Notes under the pieces: generated by a model
Told to the model about the DNA's origin: nothing
The model's database searches: none
The model's input: only the letters and a program-made list of their open reading frames with translations
Origin: Spirochaetia bacterium
GTDB taxonomy: Bacteria; Spirochaetota; Spirochaetia; DSM-2461
Direction: 5' to 3'
NCBI GenBank assembly: GCA_963666985.2
Contig: CAXXIA010000002.1
Span: forward strand, 2,080,001-2,144,000
DNA length: 64,000 bases
In this document: positions 57,310 through 64,000 of the stretch, piece by piece
Numbering within the stretch: the stretch's first letter is position 1
Layout: each line of letters opens with the position of its first letter
Program-made: the position numbers and the translations under genes

Positions 57310-58325
57310 AATCCACACCCCCGTGTAGGGGGCGACCCCATAATTTCCGGCTTTAGTGTATTTCTAAATCAGTTTCAATCCACACCCCCGTGTAGGGGGC
57401 GACATATTCGGTTGCAAATTCAATAAAATCGGTCTGGTTTCAATCCACACCCCCGTGTAGGGGGCGACCAAGCTCCAGGGTAAAAAAAAGATTCAAGGAT
57501 TAGTTTCAATCCACACCCCCGTGTAGGGGGCGACATCATCACCATACCGCCGCAGCATGGGAAGTCGGTTTCAATCCACACCCCCGTGTAGGGGGCGACA
57601 CTTGTTAATGATACCGCAGCACAACAAATAGCTGTTTCAATCCACACCCCCGTGTAGGGGGCGACCGGTAAACATCGCAGCGTATCGGGCGATATACTCC
57701 GTTTCAATCCACACCCCCGTGTAGGGGGCGACCTACATGGACCCCAACAACCGAGACTTTTCCAAAGTTTCAATCCACACCCCCGTGTAGGGGGCGACAC
57801 CGGATTCATTAATAAGGTAAAGCAATACCTGGTTTCAATCCACACCCCCGTGTAGGGGGCGACGATCAGACTTAGCGATACGGTTTTTTTCATTTCGTTT
57901 CAATCCACACCCCCGTGTAGGGGGCGACTACGCGGAATTTGGTCCGGTTCAAGCCGGGTTTGTTTCAATCCACACCCCCGTGTAGGGGGCGACTTGCCGC
58001 CGCCGCGGCCCTTGCTGTTGTGGACGGGTTTCAATCCACACCCCCGTGTAGGGGGCGACGAATTGGCTTAATCTCTCCGTTCCGGTCCCGTAATGTTTCA
58101 ATCCACACCCCCGTGTAGGGGGCGACCCCGCCAATCGTGTACTATTAATTCAGTCACAACGTTTCAATCCACACCCCCGTGTAGGGGGCGACCCCCATTC
58201 TTTGGCCATGATTTTGGTTAAGTGCACCGTTTCAATCCACACCCCCGTGTAGGGGGCGACAAATCCGTTCGTCGAACGAGCTTCGAGCATGGTGTTTCAA
58301 TCCACACCCCCGTGTAGGGGGCGAC
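57310..58325 (-). CRISPR. Type I-C CRISPR array: 15 identical 32-bp repeats + 1 truncated repeat, 15 spacers of 33-36 bp
   Basis: Repeat GTCGCCCCCTACACGGGGGTGTGGATTGAAAC (minus strand); full copies start (plus coordinates) at 57372, 57437, 57503, 57568, 57634, 57701, 57767, 57832, 57897, 57962, 58028, 58095, 58161, 58229, 58294; partial copy 57310-57336. Confidence 0.98.
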
Positions 58326-58515
58326 TGTATACAATTTTAATACTTGCTATACTGATATTTAAAGATGTTTTTTTGCGAACCCTTTAAAATAAATATGCAT
58401 CAATCTATATAAGAAGTGGTATTCATTTTTTATTTTGTTACAATGTCTAGTTTTATTTACTATCGCGAAAGTCCTAAGATCGCAGCCGTTACTTCAGGTT
58501 CGCGCAAGATGAAAA
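58326..58515 (-). promoter_or_regulatory. CRISPR leader
   Basis: AT-rich segment between cas2 and first repeat with inverted GCGAACC (58375-58381) / GGTTCGC (58497-58503) motif. Confidence 0.8.
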
Positions 58516-58806
58516 TTACACAATAAGAGTGCCTTCGGGATCATAACTTGGCTTCGCGCCAATATGTTCAACTTTTCGTTTCCAATTACTTCCGAGGTAG
58601 TAATACCGGAGACTGTCTTCTTTCGGATTAATGATTTTTTCCAGCCTTGATCGAAATTTAACCCACTGTGCTGGGTCTACAAGGCATTCAAAAACAGAGT
58701 TTTGTACTCGCTGTCCGTAATTCTCACATTCCTTGGCGACTTTTCGGAGTCTTTTTTGTCCTAAGGATGTTTCAACGCAAACGTCATATGTCACAAGAAC
58801 CATCAT
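58516..58806 (-). CDS. cas2: CRISPR-associated Cas2
   Basis: VLVTYDV, RLRKVAKEC..YGQRVQNSVFEC, DSLRYY. Confidence 0.96.
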   Translation of the reverse strand: MMVLVTYDVCVETSLGQKRLRKVAKECENYGQRVQNSVFECLVDPAQWVKFRSRLEKIINPKEDSLRYYYLGSNWKRKVEHIGAKPSYDPEGTLIV

Positions 58807-58811
58807 ATAAG

Positions 58812-59843
58812 TTATCTCCAGAAAAACGGCGGATAAGCGTCCAGATCGTCGCGAATCCAACGGGCCATTAAGCGGGCTTGAAGAAACGGCAATAAACCGA
58901 ATGTGGTTTTTTCTCCAAGAAACGGATGAAGTATTTCTTCGTCTTTTCGTTTTTGATATGTGAGAATCACTTGCTTTCGTGTTTTTTCGTTCATTGTAAT
59001 ACCGCCAGTTTCTTCACGAAGGAAGCCTTTGGCAGAAATCTGTTTTCTGTTGATGAGTGTAAGGGCTATACGGTCGGCAAGGATGGGGCGCAGTTCTTCC
59101 ATAAGATCCAATGCTAATGATGACCTGCCGGGGCGGTCGGCGTGAAGAAATCCCATCTGGGGGTCAAGTCCGACACTTTCACATGCCGATCGGCAGTCAT
59201 TGGCCAGCAGTGTGTAAAGAAAAGATAAAAGCGCATTGACGTTATCTTTCGGAGGTCTTCGATTTCGGCCGGAGAATGGAAAATCCTCTTTGTTGGCGAT
59301 AATCAGTTCCGGAAATATGCTGAAATATGTGTTTGCCGCATCTCCCTCAATACCGCGTATAGTTTCAATATCTTCAGCCCTTTGGAGATTTTGTAAATTC
59401 GTTTTTAGATGACTTTCGACCTTTTCCAGAGGTTGAATATTTGAATCCGAACTATGGTCTCTTCGAAAGCGCTGAATAACGCGGAGACAATTGCTGATTT
59501 TAGCCGTTATGAACCAGCAGGCGGCATCTTTGATATTTTTTTCTGAACGGGTTTTCTCATGTTGACATCTACGGAGGAGTACATTCCCAGATTGCGGGCC
59601 TACCACCCCGGCGAGAAACCGTCCGCTTTCAGCATGAAACGACAATGTCACGTTATTTTCACCACAATGTCCTAAGAGAAACGGACTGAAGCCGACATTG
59701 CCAAAACATACAATGGAATCGAGTGTATGGATGGGAATTGAAAAGACTTTTTCTTTATTCACCCGGACAACGACATTGGTTCGTTCTTTTGCCAGATAAG
59801 AGCCCTGGGTGGTAATAAATAATGTATTTCCGTGGCGTTTCAG
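58812..59843 (-). CDS. cas1: Type I-C Cas1 (probable CTG start)
   Basis: NTLFITTQGSYL, GNVLLRR.Q, RGIEG.AA..YF, RNRRPP.D.VNALLSF.Y, GFLH.DRPGR.SLALDLMEE. Confidence 0.96.
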   Translation of the reverse strand: MKRHGNTLFITTQGSYLAKERTNVVVRVNKEKVFSIPIHTLDSIVCFGNVGFSPFLLGHCGENNVTLSFHAESGRFLAGVVGPQSGNVLLRRCQHEKTRSEKNIKDAACWFITAKISNCLRVIQRFRRDHSSDSNIQPLEKVESHLKTNLQNLQRAEDIETIRGIEGDAANTYFSIFPELIIANKEDFPFSGRNRRPPKDNVNALLSFLYTLLANDCRSACESVGLDPQMGFLHADRPGRSSLALDLMEELRPILADRIALTLINRKQISAKGFLREETGGITMNEKTRKQVILTYQKRKDEEILHPFLGEKTTFGLLPFLQARLMARWIRDDLDAYPPFFWR

Positions 59844-60493
59844 AGTTCCTCTTCCTCCAGCATTTTTGAGATATACCGCAAAGCTGATTTTGGACTTTGC
59901 GGTTGGCAGATATCCTGCATTGAACAGGAACGGCACTGTTTTTGTTTTTTTGCCGGTGGCAGCTTCCCTTCTGAAATCAGATTTCGGAAATCCTGTATCC
60001 TGTTTTCTGTCTCTGCTCGTAACGCTTCGCTAAAGGTTACCGGCTCCCTATGGCGGGTTTTCCCGTAGAACAGAAACCCTTCGGAAATATCAATGTTCCA
60101 GGATTCTTCCAGACAGAAGGTTTGGGCGCAAAGCTGGATTTTATCTTCATTTCCGCTTTTAGGTTTCCCTCGTTTGTATTCAATAGGAATCGGCATCCAT
60201 AATCCTTTTCTGCCTGAGAGCGGTATTCCTTTTTCGGATGGTGTCAGTTCAACGACGTCGGCAAAACCGGTTAGGCCATAAAAGTAAGAAGTCAGTCTTA
60301 ACGACCTGAAAATTACGCGTTCCTTGCTTTTTTCATCAGGGCCTTCATGGACTTTTTCATGAAACAGACGACCTTCCGCCGACAAGGCATTTTCCGCCCA
60401 GGTTTTATCAAGATGGATCAAGGCGCATTGCCGGGGACAAAAGGCAAGATGCTGGAGACCCGATATAGGCAGAAGTTCGTCTTCAGAGAACAT
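59840..60493 (-). CDS. cas4: CRISPR-associated Cas4
   Basis: ISGLQHLAFCPRQCALIH, GFADVVE, PIEYKRG, QLCAQ, CRSCSMQDIC. Confidence 0.96.
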   Translation of the reverse strand: MFSEDELLPISGLQHLAFCPRQCALIHLDKTWAENALSAEGRLFHEKVHEGPDEKSKERVIFRSLRLTSYFYGLTGFADVVELTPSEKGIPLSGRKGLWMPIPIEYKRGKPKSGNEDKIQLCAQTFCLEESWNIDISEGFLFYGKTRHREPVTFSEALRAETENRIQDFRNLISEGKLPPAKKQKQCRSCSMQDICQPQSPKSALRYISKMLEEEEL

Positions 60494-60499
60494 CGAATT

Positions 60500-61342
60500 T
60501 TACAGCAATTGCTTCACGGTTATGCCCGAAGGAACATTACTATCGATTAAAACTTGGTAGTCCGCAAAGCTTCTTGCCGGATTCTCTTTATCGTTTTTGG
60601 TTACCGAGACAAGATCAAAAAGTTTGTGCGCCGGAGCGTTACCTAACTTGCTTTCATGTTCGAAAATGATTAGGGCTCTGGGGGCCATTTGTCCTCTTGC
60701 GGCGGATCGATCCAGTTCAAACATCTGAATGAGAGATGTCCAGAATAATTCCAGATCGTCTTCCGAAAAACCGGTTTTGTCCGCCAAGTAGGGATTCACG
60801 AAACCATGGCAGCGGTAGAGAGCATAGGGGACAGTGAATTTTCGTCCCATTGTTCGATTGTCACCTTTCTGTGCTTCAGCTTCTTTTTTTGTAGCGACAG
60901 CACATCGTGTAATGGCATGTTCGAGTGAAACTATGGGATCAACTGAACGGGCAAAGGCTATTTGAATAGGCCCCCGAACTTGTCCGCAATTAACTTTAAG
61001 CGCCATAACCGCACCAAAAGTCCGGACATCATAAAAGTTATGGCACATCCATTGGGTTGCCTCCTGGTCGGGAGAGTCTCCTGGTTTTTTATTCAGAGCT
61101 TTATAGGCTCTTTCATGCTGATCGTTTAAAACAGCTTTTTCTTTAACATAAATTTCGTAAGGAGGTTCTTCGTTTTTTATTGTACCGATATAGTTTCGAA
61201 CTTTTCTTTTAAGGCAGACATCGGTGACAAGGCCATGCCCTGTTTCCGGGTCGACTCGTGGAAGATTGCCTGCATCCGGATCGCCATTGGGATTGCCGTC
61301 GGCAACATCGAAAAGATAGACGAAGTCGTAACGATTATTCAT
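60500..61342 (-). CDS. cas7: Type I-C Cas7 (Csd2)
   Basis: [50 protein letters not shown]; start ATG 61342. Confidence 0.96.
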   Translation of the reverse strand: MNNRYDFVYLFDVADGNPNGDPDAGNLPRVDPETGHGLVTDVCLKRKVRNYIGTIKNEEPPYEIYVKEKAVLNDQHERAYKALNKKPGDSPDQEATQWMCHNFYDVRTFGAVMALKVNCGQVRGPIQIAFARSVDPIVSLEHAITRCAVATKKEAEAQKGDNRTMGRKFTVPYALYRCHGFVNPYLADKTGFSEDDLELFWTSLIQMFELDRSAARGQMAPRALIIFEHESKLGNAPAHKLFDLVSVTKNDKENPARSFADYQVLIDSNVPSGITVKQLL

Positions 61343-61706
61343 TGTTTCCTTCCTTTTTTTCAGTTTTGGGGGTAAAGAAATCCTGTCTTTGGTGGTAATA
61401 GCCGAGAGAGAACAGCCCCTGATCGGCAAGGTTTAAATGCTTGGGAAAATTCTGGATGCGCCCACAAATCTCTTGAATGGTTTTTTCAGCAAACACCTTC
61501 TGTCCGCCTTCCAATTTTCCGATATGGTGTTGGCTCATCCGGATCAATCGGGGAAATACCGTCGCCGGTGTGGACGATGCGGCACCGTAATACCGATCTT
61601 TGATAGAAGCATTGATATTCCCCAATGCCTTCAATTGTGTTTTTTCCAATGAAGCGAACAGTCGGCCAAGCTGATAGGCGACTTCCGGACGATTTTCATC
61701 AAGCAT
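61335..61706 (-). CDS. cas11: Cas11c small subunit, in-frame internal translation product of cas8c (123 aa)
   Basis: Internal AGGAGG (61720-61715) 8 nt before in-frame ATG 61706 ([18 protein letters not shown]). Confidence 0.8.
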   Translation of the reverse strand: MLDENRPEVAYQLGRLFASLEKTQLKALGNINASIKDRYYGAASSTPATVFPRLIRMSQHHIGKLEGGQKVFAEKTIQEICGRIQNFPKHLNLADQGLFSLGYYHQRQDFFTPKTEKKEGNNE

Positions 61707-63056
61707 GAAAAGTTCCTCCTTTTCATAATTTCTTTGTAAAAATGCTTTGATAATGGCGGCCCTGGGATAAGTAATCTCTTTATCCGCACGGATTCTTCTG
61801 AGGACCGCTGAGTAAAATGAATCAGGATATCGGGTTTCCCAAAGAATGGAACGCGTTAAGGCGCCGCCGAGCAGGGGAGGGATATCTTTAGATTCCCGGG
61901 CTGTTTGTGCCAGAAGTATCCAGATGGGTAAAATCTCCCGATCTCTTTCACCTTTAATTATTTCCAGTTCTTTCTGATGCCGAACCACCCGGCCGACCAT
62001 TTCTTCTACGGTTCCCCGATACCAGAACCGGACTGAAAGTCGGGCCGCATTGGGAGAGAGCCCCAGAACATAAAAACCTCCTTTTTCGATTGTAAGCGGG
62101 GCTGTGCCGGAAACAAGACTTTTAAGGGTTGAACGGACTTTGGCTGTTTTCTCTTCATCTTCCGCCGGGGTATAGGAAAAACTGAGCTTGAAAATGTCCT
62201 CGGAGATTCCGGGTTCATCGGCCCAGAACACACATGTGGCATCGCCAATTTTAATGCGCCGTTCGGATTCGGATTCCAAGAGTTTATTTAGGGCTGTAGA
62301 GAACTCGAATGAGGCGGTCTCGCCGATTGGAGCATTAAAACTTTGATCTTTACCATAACTGCAGAAAGCATCGGCATTGAAGGAAACAAGTGATGCGCCT
62401 GAGCTTTGAGCTCCATTAACACCTTTGGTTTTGATATCCTGGATTCGAGCAATTTCGGTAATATCGCCGGTAACAAGGCAGCGTGAGACCCAGGGTTCAT
62501 CAGTTTTTTGTTCTTCTCTGAGGGCCGTAATGTCATGAAGATAACGGGGCGGGCCGTCGCAAAAACGAACAACTCCGAACAGGCCGGAAATTTCGGCAAG
62601 GATCGGATAATTCTTGGCTTCTTGCGGATTCCATTTTTCCAGGAAATGGCAGAATGAAGAATAATCATCATTGTTTATATCTGGTTCCTTGCCTCGATAG
62701 AGTTCTTTGAAAGACTCATGGGCTTTTTCGCATCGCTGGAGAACCTTTTCCCGATCCCCCGGTTTTAAAGTTTCTGGATTTAAATATCCAAGCATGTAAT
62801 CAGTTCGATCCCATCCATAGGGTGTCGGATTCATTCCACTGCCTGAAGGTTTTGCTTTGCCAGGAAGTGTCATCATTTTATTTCTGGTTTTTGAGTCGTC
62901 GGTTATTCTGAGGTCATGGATTCCTTCCAAAGAACCGTCTGAATGGAGAACAATTTCAAAGGCCACACCCTGCTTGATGCATCCGAATTCGGGAATATCC
63001 TGCTCCGGATCATCGACTAAACGTTCATAGTAACGAACCAGTTCTTGAAGAATCAT
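61335..63056 (-). CDS. cas8c: Type I-C Cas8c (Csd1)
   Basis: [56 protein letters not shown]. Confidence 0.96.
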   Translation of the reverse strand: MILQELVRYYERLVDDPEQDIPEFGCIKQGVAFEIVLHSDGSLEGIHDLRITDDSKTRNKMMTLPGKAKPSGSGMNPTPYGWDRTDYMLGYLNPETLKPGDREKVLQRCEKAHESFKELYRGKEPDINNDDYSSFCHFLEKWNPQEAKNYPILAEISGLFGVVRFCDGPPRYLHDITALREEQKTDEPWVSRCLVTGDITEIARIQDIKTKGVNGAQSSGASLVSFNADAFCSYGKDQSFNAPIGETASFEFSTALNKLLESESERRIKIGDATCVFWADEPGISEDIFKLSFSYTPAEDEEKTAKVRSTLKSLVSGTAPLTIEKGGFYVLGLSPNAARLSVRFWYRGTVEEMVGRVVRHQKELEIIKGERDREILPIWILLAQTARESKDIPPLLGGALTRSILWETRYPDSFYSAVLRRIRADKEITYPRAAIIKAFLQRNYEKEELFMLDENRPEVAYQLGRLFASLEKTQLKALGNINASIKDRYYGAASSTPATVFPRLIRMSQHHIGKLEGGQKVFAEKTIQEICGRIQNFPKHLNLADQGLFSLGYYHQRQDFFTPKTEKKEGNNE

Positions 63057-63724
63057 GATGAGACTCCTTCTTCCTCCATGGCTGGAACATTCATTACGCC
63101 GTTAATGAGTTCCGCCCGGAAGAAACGCGGTGTCATGTTGTCTGTAAAATCGATATCCAGGAGCATCCAGCCGAGATTTTGGTTGATTCCCGTACCCTCA
63201 AGGTTTGCAATATCATCCGGCTCTATCCATTCGAACATGGCTTCAAATTCTCTGTTGCCCAGATAAGGGTGATGAAAGCACTGTCCTTTTTCCGCACGGC
63301 GTTTGAAGATTTCGTAATGTTTCTGAGGAGGTTCGGAGTTATCGAGAACGATGTAGTGGGCTTCAATAGCGTAGTCCACATTCCGAAGAATGGTTGCGGC
63401 TCTCTGCTGGCGCTGATCTTCCACATTCTGAGAAAGTACATCGCCTTTTGTTCCATCCAGAAAACCTTTAATCGTTCGGGCCGAAGGACCGATCCCGCTG
63501 ACTTCATTTCTCCGGATATTGGTAAATTGTATCGGGGAGAGAACATGGATTTTGTCTACTACCCAGTGGATGGCGGGTTTCCAGTAAATCGCTTCAAGGA
63601 TTCCTCGGGCCGCCGATGGAGTCATCACATCATAACTGACTCTTTCAACTTTCATTTCCGGGCGGGTAAAACACGCATAATCTCCACGAACTCTCAAGCC
63701 GATTCGGTTTTTTGACAGATCCAA
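63053..63724 (-). CDS. cas5c: Type I-C Cas5 (Cas5d)
   Basis: GDYACFTRPEMKVERVSYDVMTPSAARGILEAIYWKP, RRNEV, PYLG.REF; TTG start after AGGAGG. Confidence 0.96.
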   Translation of the reverse strand: MDLSKNRIGLRVRGDYACFTRPEMKVERVSYDVMTPSAARGILEAIYWKPAIHWVVDKIHVLSPIQFTNIRRNEVSGIGPSARTIKGFLDGTKGDVLSQNVEDQRQQRAATILRNVDYAIEAHYIVLDNSEPPQKHYEIFKRRAEKGQCFHHPYLGNREFEAMFEWIEPDDIANLEGTGINQNLGWMLLDIDFTDNMTPRFFRAELINGVMNVPAMEEEGVSS

Positions 63725-63736
63725 TCTATTCCTCCT

Positions 63737-64000
63737 TTACAGAATGAAGTTTTCATAGGAACGGCTGCTTCGTTCAACAAGGCCAAGCTGTTCATCGTAT
63801 TTATCATCATCAATGAGCATCCAGATTCCGTGTTCGGAAAATTCAATGGCCCGTTCTTGTGCAAGTGCTTCCAGTTCATGTTTTCGAATTTGAATACAGT
63901 AGCGCTGTATACGCCGCCAGTCGTTACGGCTTGGTGGAACATATCCCCAGAGGAGTTCCCGAAATTTTTTTCCTTGTTCTTCCCATGGTACAAGAAGCGG
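63737..64000 (-). CDS. cas3: Cas3 C-terminal end (5' part outside window)
   Basis: Open frame from window edge: LLVPW...WRRIQRYCIQI...YDEQLGL..ENFIL*; directly upstream of cas5c. Confidence 0.75.
   Translation of the reverse strand, partial: PLLVPWEEQGKKFRELLWGYVPPSRNDWRRIQRYCIQIRKHELEALAQERAIEFSEHGIWMLIDDDKYDEQLGLVERSSRSYENFIL

Noticed and set aside
57929..58027. Possible self-targeting: short similarities of two spacers to ~22358 (TCCGGTTCAAGC) and ~41148 (GCCGCCGCGG)
   Set aside because: Only 10-12 nt matches, compatible with chance; a full search was not possible by eye
57420..58134. Repetitive ORFs (VAPYTGVWIET / SPPTRGCGLK)
   Set aside because: Translations of CRISPR repeats
1..64000. 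tRNA, rRNA, riboswitch or prophage genes
   Set aside because: None recognised by eye; covariance-model scans were not run, so small RNAs could be missed

Overview
Bacterial chromosomal window, probably from an anaerobic spirochaete (spirochaete-type 'FAxG' binding-protein signal, MCPs with [10 protein letters not shown], membrane-anchored AraC; inference only). From left to right: (1) an acyl-CoA/lipid cluster (FabG-like, CoA-transferase, alpha/beta hydrolase, double TetR, FabH-fold enzyme with a non-canonical catalytic triad); (2) a ~20 kb sugar-catabolic region with TWO glycyl-radical enzymes (YbiW-like and PflD-like), each with its own activase, a sugar ABC importer instead of a PTS, a frameshifted ROK kinase, an unusual 631-aa ROK/ASKHA-like protein, AroE-like and RmlD-like oxidoreductases, two DeoR regulators, an AraC and a shared CTTTC-N4-GAAAG motif. 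This is the best candidate for an undescribed pathway; (3) a flavodiiron protein, a trypsin-like lipoprotein, and a membrane-AraC / beta-barrel-transglutaminase-TPR / PKD-lipoprotein module; (4) a DUF134-NifB/X-ferredoxin-ATPase operon, an MCP-hemerythrin fusion, and MarR plus a heterodimeric ABC exporter; (5) an AT-rich accessory stretch resembling a decayed cassette array, containing an intact IS21 with a 5-bp target duplication; (6) a type I-C CRISPR-Cas locus (cas3 partial, cas5-8c-7-4-1-2, embedded cas11, CTG-started cas1) with 15 spacers. Its trailer repeat is cut by an IS3 remnant, and an orphan variant repeat stem lies beyond the remnant. All calls are by eye from motifs; no searches were run.
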